Shown: positions 40,046 to 49,720 of the stretch, piece after piece
Layout: the number at the start of each line of letters is the position of its first letter
How positions within the stretch are numbered: position 1 is the stretch's first letter
Translations under genes and position numbers: made by a program
Origin: an uncultured Holophagales bacterium
Lineage (GTDB): Bacteria > Acidobacteriota > Thermoanaerobaculia > Multivoradales > UBA5704
Length of the DNA: 64,000 bases
NCBI GenBank assembly: GCA_963842525.1
Contig: CAWJGT010000001.1
Coordinates: forward strand, 32,001 to 96,000
Direction: 5' to 3'
The notes under the pieces: model-generated
What the model was told of the DNA's origin: nothing
The model's database searches: none
What the model saw: the letters and a program-made list of their open reading frames with translations, nothing else

Positions 40046-40924
40046 TCAGAGCGAGCCCCAAAGGTGCAGTGTCGCATACGCCCGCCAGGGCCGCCATCTC
40101 TCGCCTAGGGCTGCGATCTCCTTCCCCGTGATCCCATCCCCCTGCGGCGTCAGCGCCCGCATCGCCTTCACCACCCCCAGATCGCTGGCCGGAAATGCAT
40201 CCCGATCTCCCAAGGTGCGCATGCGGACGTAGGACGCCGTCCAGGGGCCGATGCCGGGAAGGGCGAGGAGGGCGGCCTGGGTCTCCTCGGGTGGCGCGGA
40301 CCGCAGGCGCTCCCAGTCGAGCCGGCTGTCCAGGATCGCCTGGGCTACGCCATGGAGGGCCGCGGCCTTGGCGCGGGTCAGGCCTACGGCGGCGAGCTCG
40401 GTGGGTTCGGCGGAGGCGATGGCTTCGGGGCTGGGGAAGGACAGGAAGCCGGTGTCGTCCAGCGGCGGTGCGGGCGCGCCGAAGCGCTCGGTCAGCCGGT
40501 GGACGAGGAGGGAGGCCACGCCGACGTTCACTAACTGGCCGACGATTGCCCGGGCGATGCCCTCGAAGGGATCGATGTACTGCAGCAGGCGGAGGCCGGG
40601 ACGGTGCGGGACCAGGTCGCGGAGCAGGGGGTCCTTCGCGGCCAGGGAACGGAAGGCGGCGAGGTCGACGTCCAGGTCGAACATGCGGGCGACGACGGCG
40701 CGGAGCTCTTCTGGCGGGAGGTCCGGGGAGGACCGGGCCTGCAGGGAGAGCCGGCCGTCCCGCCCTTTTTGAATGCGCAGGGCGAGGACGACCGGTCTCC
40801 CGGCGATGCGGAGGCTGCGGAGGTACTCCTTGTCCGAGATCTCCTCCAGCGAGGGGACCGTCCGCTCGGACAAGAACTTCCAGGTCCAGGCGAGGTCGAA
40901 GTCCGGCGGCAGCGGGATTTTCAC
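40046..40924 (-). CDS. alkA: DNA-3-methyladenine glycosylase II (AlkA)
   Basis: AlkA N-domain, DPFE..ARAIVGQ, LPGIGPWTA HhH, DAFPASDL. Confidence 0.92.
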   Translation of the reverse strand: MKIPLPPDFDLAWTWKFLSERTVPSLEEISDKEYLRSLRIAGRPVVLALRIQKGRDGRLSLQARSSPDLPPEELRAVVARMFDLDVDLAAFRSLAAKDPLLRDLVPHRPGLRLLQYIDPFEGIARAIVGQLVNVGVASLLVHRLTERFGAPAPPLDDTGFLSFPSPEAIASAEPTELAAVGLTRAKAAALHGVAQAILDSRLDWERLRSAPPEETQAALLALPGIGPWTASYVRMRTLGDRDAFPASDLGVVKAMRALTPQGDGITGKEIAALGERWRPWRAYATLHLWGSL

Positions 40925-42015
40925 GCCCGGTTCCGCGCTCCTTCCCGCTCGCGCTCTTGGATGCGCCGCTTGCGCTCCTCCCCCCAGCGGTAGCCGCCGG
41001 ACGCACCGTCTCCCCGGACCACGCGGTGGCAGGGGATCACCAGGGCGGCCGGGTTGCTGGCGCAGGCCTGGGCTACGGCGCGGGCGGCTCCGGGCCGGCC
41101 GAGGGCTGTTGCGACCTCGCCATAGGAGCGGGTCTCGCCGTAGGGGATCTCCCGGAGCGCCTTCCAGACCCTCTCCTGGAAGGCGGTTGCCTGGAGGTCG
41201 AGGGGCAGGCGGAGGTCCGGGGAGGCCCCTTCCAGGTAGCGGACCACCTCGCCGATGCGCTTGCGCAGCCCTTCGTCCGCCTCGCCGGCGCGCTCGATCT
41301 CGGCCCGGGGATACTCGCGCTGCAGGGCCGCCGCGAGGTCCTCGTCCGAGTCACCGAGCTGCACGGCGCAGACTCCCCGGTCGGTCATGGCCACGAGCAG
41401 CCGGCCGAGCGGCGACGGCGCGGTGCCGTAGCGGATCCGCATGCCGGGGCCGCCGCGGCGGTAGGTCGCGGGGGTCATGCCGAGCCGGGCGTCCGACTGC
41501 TCGTAGACCCGGCTGCCGGAGCCGAAGCCTGCCTCATAGGTGGCGGTGGTCACGTCGTCTCCCTGCTGGAGCCGCTCCTTGAGCCTGTCCAGCCGGCGCG
41601 CCCTGGCGAGCTCGCGGGGAGACACCCCGGTCAGCCGCTTGAACGTCCGCTGCAGGTGCCAGGGGCTCATGCCGACCTCCTGGCCGAGCTTCTCCAGGGT
41701 GACCGGCTCGTCGAGGTGCTCTTCGAGGTACGCGCTGACCCTCTCGACCAGGCGCGCCGCATCGGAGTCCGCGTTCCTGGGCCGGCAGCGCCGGCAGGCC
41801 CGGAACCCCGCCCGCTCCGCCTCGTCCGGCCCCGGGAAGAACCGCACTCCTTCCCTCCGCGGCCGCCGTGACGGGCACGACGGCCGGCAATAGACACCGG
41901 TCGACGCCACCGCATAGACGAACTGGCCGTCCATCCGGGTGTCTCTCGCCATCACGGCGGTCCAGGCTGTCTGCTCTTCGATCATTCCTCGTTCCAAAAC
42001 GTTCGTCGCTATCAT
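40921..42015 (-). CDS. ada: bifunctional Ada regulator / O6-methylguanine-DNA methyltransferase
   Basis: TGVYCRPSC...RACRRC zinc domain, AraC HTH, IPCHRV. Confidence 0.95.
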   Translation of the reverse strand: MIATNVLERGMIEEQTAWTAVMARDTRMDGQFVYAVASTGVYCRPSCPSRRPRREGVRFFPGPDEAERAGFRACRRCRPRNADSDAARLVERVSAYLEEHLDEPVTLEKLGQEVGMSPWHLQRTFKRLTGVSPRELARARRLDRLKERLQQGDDVTTATYEAGFGSGSRVYEQSDARLGMTPATYRRGGPGMRIRYGTAPSPLGRLLVAMTDRGVCAVQLGDSDEDLAAALQREYPRAEIERAGEADEGLRKRIGEVVRYLEGASPDLRLPLDLQATAFQERVWKALREIPYGETRSYGEVATALGRPGAARAVAQACASNPAALVIPCHRVVRGDGASGGYRWGEERKRRIQEREREGARNRA

Positions 42016-42115
42016 AGCCGTCTCCTTTCCCGATGTCCGAAGGCTACGCGGACGGGAGACGGCGGACCATCCGCGCCTTGCGGTCAAAGCACTGATCTTT
42101 CGCTAGGATGCTCGC

Positions 42116-44530
42116 ATGGGACTTCTTCGCGACCTCCGCCATGCCGTCCGGACGCTGACTGGCCATCCCGGCTACACCGCGGCTGCGGTGCTCACTCTGG
42201 CGCTGGGGATCGGGGCCAACACGGCGATCTTCAGCGTCGTCGATGCGGTGCTGCTGCGCCCGCTGCCCTTCCCGGAGCCGGACCGGCTGGTCGACGTGCT
42301 GGCCGTCCGGTCGGGACCGGAGACGGACCGGGTAGCGATCAGCCCGGCGGACTTCCTTGCCTGGCGTGCCCAGGGGCGGGTGTTCCAGGACCTCGGCGCC
42401 TATGTCCCCTTCGGCAGGCTCGACTGGACGGGCGGCCCGGAGCCGGTGCGGCTGTCGCGGCATCTGGTGTCCGAGGGGCTGCTCGCCGCGCTGGGGGTGC
42501 GGCCGGCGCACGGCCGGCTGTTCGCCGCGGAGGAATACCAGGAAGGCGCCCGCCGTGTGGCTTTGCTCAGCGACCGGCTGTGGCGGACCCGGCTCGGGGC
42601 TGATCCGGCAGCGGTCGGCCGCAGCCTGACCCTGGGCGGTGAGGTCTACGTGGTCGTCGGCGTCCTGCCGCGCGATTTCCGTATCCGCGGCGGCGAGCCG
42701 GACCTCCTGCTGCCGCTCGCCTTCGGGCCGGCGGCGGCGGCCGACCGTGAGTCCTCCTATCTCGGCGCGATCGGCCGGCTGCGTCCGGGGGTGTCGCTGG
42801 AGCAGGCACGCCTCGCGATGGGCAAGGACTTCAAGGACGGCAAGGACACCAACGATCAGACGATGACGGCCAGCCTGGTGCCTCTGCATGAGGTGATGGC
42901 TGGGCCGGCCCGGACAGCTCTCTTCGTGCTCTTTGGCGCCGTGGTCTTCGTGCTGCTGATTGCCTGCGCCAATGTGTCCGGCCTGCAGCTCGTGCGCGCT
43001 GCGTCGCGCCAGCCGGAGATCGTGCTGCGCTCGGCGCTCGGCGCGGACCGGAGACGCCTGGCGCGGCAGCTCCTGGTGGAGAGCGGCGTCCTGGCCGTCC
43101 TCGGCGGACTGGGCGGCGTGCTCCTTGCGGTCCTGGCTCTCCGGCTGTTGCCCGACGCGCGGGGCGTCTACCTTCCGCGGGACGTGGAGCTGGGCGTCGA
43201 CCTGCGGGTGCTCGGTTTCACCTTGATCCTGACGCTGCTCGCCGGGCTGGTCTCCGGGCTCGCACCGGCCCTGCGCGGCTCGCGGGCCGACCTGCGCGCG
43301 GCGTTCCAGGCCGGGGCCGCGGGGTCGCAGGAAGGCGGCACGTCGCGCCTCCAGGACAGCTTCGTCGTGGCCGAGATCGCCCTGGCCCTGGTGCTGCTCT
43401 GCGGCGCCGGCCTGATGCTCCGGTCCTTCGTGCGCCTGCTGGGCGAAGACCCCGGCTTCGAGCCGCGGCACGTGCTGACGATGGAGATCGAGGTGCCGGC
43501 GGCGCGGTACCCTGAGGCCGCCCAGGCCGCGGCGTTCTACGCCGGGCTGCTCGACCGCCTCGGGCACCTGCCCGGCGTGACGGCTGCCGGTGCCGCGAAG
43601 GAGCTGCCTCCCGACACGCCCTGGGGCTTCCGCCCCGTGCTGGAGGGCCGGGAAGAGCCGGAAGAACCCCAGGAGTCACTCGCGGGCTGGCAGCTCGTCA
43701 CGCCGGGCTATTTCGCAGCCATGGGCACCCCCGTGCTGCGCGGCCAGGCCTTCACCCTGAGCGACCGGGAAGGGAGCCGGCCGGTGACGGTGATCAACGA
43801 GAGTGCCGCCCGCCGCTTCTTCCCGGAGGTCGACCCTGTCGGCCGGCGGGTGCGGTTCAATGACATCTGGCACGAGGTGGCCGGTGTGGTGCGGGACCAG
43901 AAGACCCCGGGCGAAGCGGCTGGCGGCTCGCCGGTCTTCTACTTCGCCCATGCGCAGCTCCCGGTGCCGTCCGATTTCCTGCGTACCATGGCCATCGCGG
44001 TGCGCACGGAGAAGGACCCGCTCGCCCTCGCCGCCGCGGTGCGCCGCACGCTCTGGTCGCTCGACGCGGACCTGCCGGCGGCGGAGCTCCAGCCGCTGGA
44101 GCAGCGCCTCGTCGGCGGGCTCTTCTTCGCCCGCTCCCACTTCAACACCGTGCTCCTGGTGCTCTTCGCCGGCCTCGCTCTGCTCCTGGCGATGATCGGG
44201 ATCGCCGGCCTCCTCTCCTACCGGGTGCGCCGCCGCACCCGCGAGCTCGGCATCCGGATGGCGCTCGGTGCGCAGCGGGCCGACCTCCTGCGGCTGGTGA
44301 TGGCGCACGGCCTCGCCCTGACTCTCGTCGGGCTCGTCCTCGGCCTCGCCGGCGCCGTCTCCCTGACCCGCGTCCTGGCGAGCCTCCTCTATGGCCTGGG
44401 CGCTCTCGATCCGCTCACCCTCGGCGCGGTCGTCCTCCTCCTCGCCGCGTCCGCCTCCCTCGCCTGCTATCTCCCCGCCCGCCGCGCCAGCCGTCTCGAG
44501 CCCGTGACGGCGCTGCACGCCGACGTCTAG
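42116..44530 (+). CDS. ADOP-type duplicated MacB/FtsX ABC permease
   Basis: [48 protein letters not shown]; no adjacent ATPase. Confidence 0.93.
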   Translation: MGLLRDLRHAVRTLTGHPGYTAAAVLTLALGIGANTAIFSVVDAVLLRPLPFPEPDRLVDVLAVRSGPETDRVAISPADFLAWRAQGRVFQDLGAYVPFGRLDWTGGPEPVRLSRHLVSEGLLAALGVRPAHGRLFAAEEYQEGARRVALLSDRLWRTRLGADPAAVGRSLTLGGEVYVVVGVLPRDFRIRGGEPDLLLPLAFGPAAAADRESSYLGAIGRLRPGVSLEQARLAMGKDFKDGKDTNDQTMTASLVPLHEVMAGPARTALFVLFGAVVFVLLIACANVSGLQLVRAASRQPEIVLRSALGADRRRLARQLLVESGVLAVLGGLGGVLLAVLALRLLPDARGVYLPRDVELGVDLRVLGFTLILTLLAGLVSGLAPALRGSRADLRAAFQAGAAGSQEGGTSRLQDSFVVAEIALALVLLCGAGLMLRSFVRLLGEDPGFEPRHVLTMEIEVPAARYPEAAQAAAFYAGLLDRLGHLPGVTAAGAAKELPPDTPWGFRPVLEGREEPEEPQESLAGWQLVTPGYFAAMGTPVLRGQAFTLSDREGSRPVTVINESAARRFFPEVDPVGRRVRFNDIWHEVAGVVRDQKTPGEAAGGSPVFYFAHAQLPVPSDFLRTMAIAVRTEKDPLALAAAVRRTLWSLDADLPAAELQPLEQRLVGGLFFARSHFNTVLLVLFAGLALLLAMIGIAGLLSYRVRRRTRELGIRMALGAQRADLLRLVMAHGLALTLVGLVLGLAGAVSLTRVLASLLYGLGALDPLTLGAVVLLLAASASLACYLPARRASRLEPVTALHADV

Positions 44531-44537
44531 CGCCTTC

Positions 44538-44810
44538 AGCGCCGTGGTGCGGGTCGTGGGCGCCGCGGTGGCCCGCCCCCATACCGTGGTATGGGCCGCT
44601 CACACCGGGGGATGAGCAGCTCATACCGCGGTATGGTATCGCCATACTGGGGTATAGTTGATCCAAACCGCGGTATGAAGATCACATACCCGGGTATGTC
44701 GAGATTGAACCTTGGAACGTTTGCTTCATACCGCGGTATGGTTGACTCGCACCACGGTATGGTGACAACATACCGTAGTTTGGCTGACTCATACCGAGGT
44801 GCGTGTGGCT
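44538..44810. repeat. 21-bp-period array of palindrome CATACCGCGGTATG plus 7-nt variable spacers (array C)
   Basis: 13 units starting at 44538+21n; exact palindrome at 44622 and 44727, near-exact at 44580, 44664, 44685, 44748; spacers differ (ggccgct, agcagct, gtatcgc, gttgatc, aagatca, tcgagat...). Confidence 0.95.
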
Positions 44811-44857
44811 CGTACTTTCACCCGGACGAGCCGTTCTGGCCTTGAGGGGAGGAGAGA

Positions 44858-45253
44858 ATGCCGATTCCGACTGCATACCCCGACATCTTTCAGGACTGGA
44901 GCCTACTGCTCGCCGCGGTGCGGAAGAACCTGGAAGCCTTGCCGGGGATCGAGCCGCTGTTTCGCGAGATGGAGAGGGTCGCAGCCGAGGCCAAGTCGCT
45001 CAAGGGGGATCAGGACGAGCTCCAGGCGCGCCGGCAGAAGGCGACGCAGGACCTCAAGGAGAAGATCCGGGAAGGGCGCGATCTGGCGATCGTCCTGCGT
45101 GGGATCGTCCGCTCGCGGCTCGGACCCCGCAACGAGAGGCTGGTGCAGTTCGGGATCGCACCCATCCGGAAGCGCGGGCCCCGCTCGCGCGGGAAGGCCG
45201 CCGGGAACAGCGATGCCTCGCAGCCGGCGAACGAGGAGCCGCAGGCCGAGTGA
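44858..45253 (+). CDS. small helical/coiled-coil hypothetical protein with basic tail
   Basis: GGAGGAG RBS; amphipathic helices, GPRNERLVQFGIAP, then RKRGPRSRGK. Confidence 0.8.
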   Translation: MPIPTAYPDIFQDWSLLLAAVRKNLEALPGIEPLFREMERVAAEAKSLKGDQDELQARRQKATQDLKEKIREGRDLAIVLRGIVRSRLGPRNERLVQFGIAPIRKRGPRSRGKAAGNSDASQPANEEPQAE

Positions 45254-45299
45254 GGGTCGAGGCGGCAAGGAAAGCCCTCTCCCCCTGGCCCCATACGCG

Positions 45300-46244
45300 C
45301 TAGCTTTGCGCCGGAGGTCGGGTCGTGCGAAGCGCCTGGTAGAGGCCTTCGAAGAGGGCGGTCCCGTGGCGCTCCAGCTCGGCGTCGGGCCAGCCGGCCG
45401 CGGCCCAGCCGCGCAGGACGGCGTCGATGCCTGCGGCCTCGGGGGAGGCCGGGCCGTCCCGCAGGTCGATCTCGTGGACGACGGCGGCGAGGGCCCGGAG
45501 GGCAGGCTCGTCGAGGCGGAAAGCCGCGAGCAGGGTCTCGAAGGTGCAAAGGTTGCCGCTGTGGCCGAACTCGGCCTCCCGCATGTCGAACGAGACCTCT
45601 CCCGCGGCGGGCTCGTCGGCGTAGCGGACCACGGCCTCCGTATCGATGAAGCGGCGGATCAGCCAGATCGAAGCCAGACGGTCGACGTGCGGGCGCGGCC
45701 GGGTCGCCCAGGTCCGGCCGCGGTAGCGCGCGAGGTCGGCCTGCGGCACCTCGCGAGGGGCGGCCTCCTCGCCGGCGATCGCCTCCGCGAGCCGGTTCAG
45801 GGCCGCGGCAGCTTCTGTGCCCTCCGGTGCCTGGAAGAAGTCGATGCGCGCCACCTCGGCCTGGCGGCGGCGCAGGCGTTCCAGCCGATCGCGGAATCCG
45901 GCGCGGTCGTCGTTCGCTGCGCGGGCGCTGCCGGCCGCTTCATCGGCCTCGGCGGCGATCTTCCGGTAGTCCTCGTCACGGGCGGCGCGGGAGAGCTCGA
46001 TCACCCGCGCCTCGGCCTTGTCCTCCAGCCGCTCGGCATGGAGCACCAGCGCCTCGCCGCCCCCGTCGCGGATCTCCTGCGCCAGCCAGTCGAAGGCCTC
46101 CCTGCTCTCGGCGCCGTCCGGCAGCAGGTAGAGCGAGCCGGTGGGCGAGACTGCTCCGAGCTGGCGCAGCCGCCGCCACACCGCCACGCGCTTGCTGGAC
46201 GAGGCGGGGGAGGGGAGGGAGTAGGCGAGGCCGACCCAGCGCAT
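45300..46244 (-). CDS. chrB: chromate resistance protein ChrB-like
   Basis: RVAVWRRLRQLGA N-domain; WATRPRPHVDRLASIWLIRRFID, FDM..AEFGH.GNLCTFE. Confidence 0.9.
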   Translation of the reverse strand: MRWVGLAYSLPSPASSSKRVAVWRRLRQLGAVSPTGSLYLLPDGAESREAFDWLAQEIRDGGGEALVLHAERLEDKAEARVIELSRAARDEDYRKIAAEADEAAGSARAANDDRAGFRDRLERLRRRQAEVARIDFFQAPEGTEAAAALNRLAEAIAGEEAAPREVPQADLARYRGRTWATRPRPHVDRLASIWLIRRFIDTEAVVRYADEPAAGEVSFDMREAEFGHSGNLCTFETLLAAFRLDEPALRALAAVVHEIDLRDGPASPEAAGIDAVLRGWAAAGWPDAELERHGTALFEGLYQALRTTRPPAQS

Positions 46245-46297
46245 GGGGGGAATCCTACCGACCTCACCCCCTGGCCCGCTCGGCCCTCTCTCCCTGC

Positions 46298-47259
46298 CTA
46301 AGACCCCGACCCCGATCCCACCACCCTAAGCGCCGTGGGCGGGCAGAGCGCCTTCGGCGTGTCCGTGGTGAAATTGACACGGCCCGGTGGGGGAGGGACG
46401 ACCTCGAAGAGGAACGGCCTGATGCCCTGCTCGCGGTCGAAACCCTTCACCAGATCATAGAAGACCTCGAAGTCGGCGACCGGCTGGTCGAGCTCATCGG
46501 GCTCTGGCGGCTCGGGGAGCCCGATGTGCTCGAACTCGCGGCTCATGAGCCTCACACGGACTTCGCTCGTCCCATCCGGAGGAGCGAGGAACAGCGTCTG
46601 GGCCGGCTTCCCCTCCTTCTTCATGGAGAGTGCCACGTGTATCGGCACGTTCTCGATGAGGAGCTGCCAGGCTGGCTGCCACTCTCCGGTCCAGGGGGTT
46701 CTGGTCGAGGGGCTCGATCCGGCAGGAATTTTCGCTCAGCGCGTGCGTCGCGAGCGTGCCCCGTTCGAGCTTCACCTGCGTGATGATCCGCCCCTTCCGG
46801 TTCAGGGGGGCCGCGTCGAGGCCGGGCTCGAGGGCTCCGTTGCCGGGGGAGGCCTGTTCCATGGTGACGAGCCAGAACAGAGACCTCTTTCGCCGGGTGT
46901 CGGGTTGTCGACATCGTTTGGCACGCCGGTGAGCAGCTTGAAATCGGAGTGAGCCCGGGAAGAGGCAGGATCTCGATCTTTTCGGTCTCGAGATGGCAGA
47001 TCCCCCGGCCGTCGTTGGTCGAGAGATCTACCGGGCGCGTGCTGGAGGCCTGCCGGTTTTGCAGGTCGAAGTCCAGGATGGGGAAGTGCGGGTCAAGGAT
47101 CTCCTGCTGACCGTTACGCCGGTTGTTCAGCGGGCGCGGCTTGAGCAGGTTGGGCACCAGGATGGTCACGGAGTCGGCGGATTCGAGGCTCGTGTCAAAG
47201 GTCCGGTCTGGAATGACGGCCATCAGGCCGGAGAGGATCATCCGGAAGGTGAAGGGCAT
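46298..47259 (-). CDS. hypothetical protein downstream of the CHAT gene (frameshifted)
   Basis: AGGAG RBS; pieces in three ORF-track frames (46621-47259, 46494-46862, 46298-46648) join into about 310 aa. Confidence 0.6.
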
Positions 47260-48063
47260 TGTCGGTCTCCTGTCGATCGGTCAGGGTTGAAGGGCGTGGG
47301 CCGCGACGACCTCGAAGGCTCCCCAAGTCCAGGGAGCCCTGTGCTTCTCTTCGCGGCCTTCCAGGAACGAGAGATGCGCTTCCCGGAGGGCGCCGACCGG
47401 ATCCGGCCGCGCGAGGAGGCTTTTGTAGAAGACCGCGAAGAAGCGGTCCGCCGTGCGGTCGTCGACGTTCCAGAGGCTGGCGACGACCTGGGGCACGCCC
47501 ACGGCGAGGAAGGCCCGGGCCAGGCTCGTGCCGCCTTCGTCTGCCGCAGGCACGGCGTCCGCGGTGCCGCAGGCGGAGAGCACGACCAGGCGCGTGCCGG
47601 TGAGGTCCAGCCGGTAGATCTCCCAGGCGGAGAGAGCCCGGAATCTCCGGCGCCCGACGGGGCGAGCACGAGCTGGGAGAGGAGAGGGTCCCTGGGATCG
47701 GTGACGGCATGGCCGGCGAAATGGACCATCCCGGAGCGCGGGGCCAGATCCAGGAACGAAGCCTTGGTCGCCTCGGCGCCGCGTACCAGGACCGAGCCGG
47801 GAAGGAGCCGCGCGATCCGGGCCGATTCCTTTTCGGTTCCGCGCAGGGACTCCAGACCCGGCCAGAGATTGACGTTGAACGCCGGATTGCCGATGACGAG
47901 GGCGGCAGGCGGGGGTAGCCCGGCTGGGCTGTCCCGGGCCGGGGAGCGACATACAGGGTCGCGCTCGGCGCGCAGGCAATCCGGTAGTCCTGGATGAGGT
48001 AGCGGCTCGAGCGCGAGTCCCAGAGGGCGGCGAAGGGGACGCCGTGCAGGGCCTTGTCCGGAA

Positions 48064-49720
48064 GTATCTGTTTACCGTCAGCGGCACTTTTGGGGAAGGT
48101 TTTCCCTGGACACACGTCCGCGCTGGCCAGGCGACCTGACGAGGGCGAGCGGCTACCGACCTGGAGCCACGGATAACTCGTGGCGAGAACTGTTACGGTG
48201 GCTGTGACGCAGGAAGTATTGCCTCAAGCTTCGGTAGCTGGGGGCTGCGCAGAAGCTGGGGCAAGATCTCGAGTGTCCCGACTTGGTGTTGCTGAAATGT
48301 GCGCAGGGCACTCATCAAGACCGCTTGCGCCTGGGACCCCTCGGCCGTCCGATTTCCCCCAGATGTCTTGCGGTTGATGACCGCCGGGCGAATCCCTTGT
48401 TCGGCCGGCCAATTGGTCGCCTCCACATCCGTGCGTTCCAGGAAGACAAACAGCTGCTCCTGGTGACGTATCAAATGCTGAGCCAGACGCTGGTTGTCGG
48501 GGTTCGTGAACTGCCCCGACAGACGCCTTTCCATCTGGAGCTCCAAGTTCTGCTTGACCTTCTCCAGCGCCTCGCCGCTGAGCTTGCCCGCGTCCCGCTG
48601 ATCTCGCGCCTCCAAGGCGGCCTGCAGGATCTCTTTCACCGCCCGAGGAAAGCGCACCGCACCCCCTGTCGCCTTCTCCAGCAGCTCCTCGCAACGGCGC
48701 AACAGATGCGCCAGACAGGTCTGATGAGTCGCTTCTTCAAATTTCTGATAGGGAGCCCAACCATCAGCCACCAGCACGCCGACAAAGCCCTCCCCCAGGA
48801 CCTCAGAGGCCTCGGCATAGCCACGACCCGGCTGGATGCTGTAGACCGTCTCGCTGCGATTGGTGAACACCCACAACCACACGCTATAGCCCCCCTCCCG
48901 CCAGCCCGTCTCGTCCGGGTACACCACAGGAGAGGCTCCGGATCTTCGCCTTCAGCTCCTCGTACAAGGGCTCCAGCTTCTTACTCATGCGAAGCAGCGC
49001 GCGGCACAGGGCCGAGCGCGACACAGACAGTCCAGCCACTCCTTCAGCAACGCGGCGATCTTGCCGTAGCTCAAGCCTCCGACCTTGTTGAGCCAGGCGG
49101 CGAGCCCCAACACGTTTGGACCGAGTTGCACGTTGCCGACCCGGAACGCCTGGGAAGTCTGGCGCGGGTGACGCCCCACAGCTTCCCGGCCACATGCCGA
49201 GCACTTCCCATAATGGAGGATGAACTCCGTCGTCACCGGCCGAATCGGCGGCAGATCGGTCTGATACTGGCGAGCTTCGCCCTGCGGAATGACCTGACCC
49301 CCACAGTGCTCACAATACAGCGGGCACTCCACCACGATGGTTTCGTCGACGTGATCGGGCACAGCTCGAGTCGCTTGCTGACCATATTGATCCCCGGCTT
49401 TGCGCCCTGGAGACTTGGGATCCTCGCTCGGATCTCCCTTCGAGAAGGGGGCAGCCTGGCGTTTGCCCCGGCGCCGTAGCTCCTCGACAAGTTTCTCCAG
49501 ATCGACGATTCGGCGCTTCAGGTGCGCAATCTGGCGCTCCTGCTCCTCCACCCGCTGGCGAAGCTCACCGTTGTCTTGGCGAAGCTCAGAGTTCTCTTGA
49601 AGGAGTTCCTCGTAAGTCGGCATGCCTGAAAGACATTAGACCATGCCGAGAAGAGAACTTCAAGCCCTTGCGGACGTGCCACCGCTCGGGGAAGGCGGCA
49701 CTAGGGCGGTAAACAGATAC
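48064..49720 (-). mobile_element. IS66-family (ISBst12-type) element, full length
   Basis: TIR GTATCTGTTTACCG at both ends; 8-bp TSD GTCCGGAA (48056-48063, 49721-49728). Confidence 0.95.
48193..49623 (-). CDS. IS66-family transposase (frameshifts near 48935 and 49038)
   Basis: Leucine zipper, CxxC zinc finger, DETGW, QTCLAHLLR, TNWPAEQGIR. Confidence 0.88.

Noticed and set aside
44538-44810. CRISPR array interpretation of array C (also arrays A and B)
   Set aside because: A 14-bp repeat and 7-nt spacer are far below CRISPR sizes, units are degenerate, and no cas genes are in the window
46298-47259. Bacterial gasdermin as the CHAT partner
   Set aside because: No recognisable gasdermin features by eye; left as unknown pending a structure search
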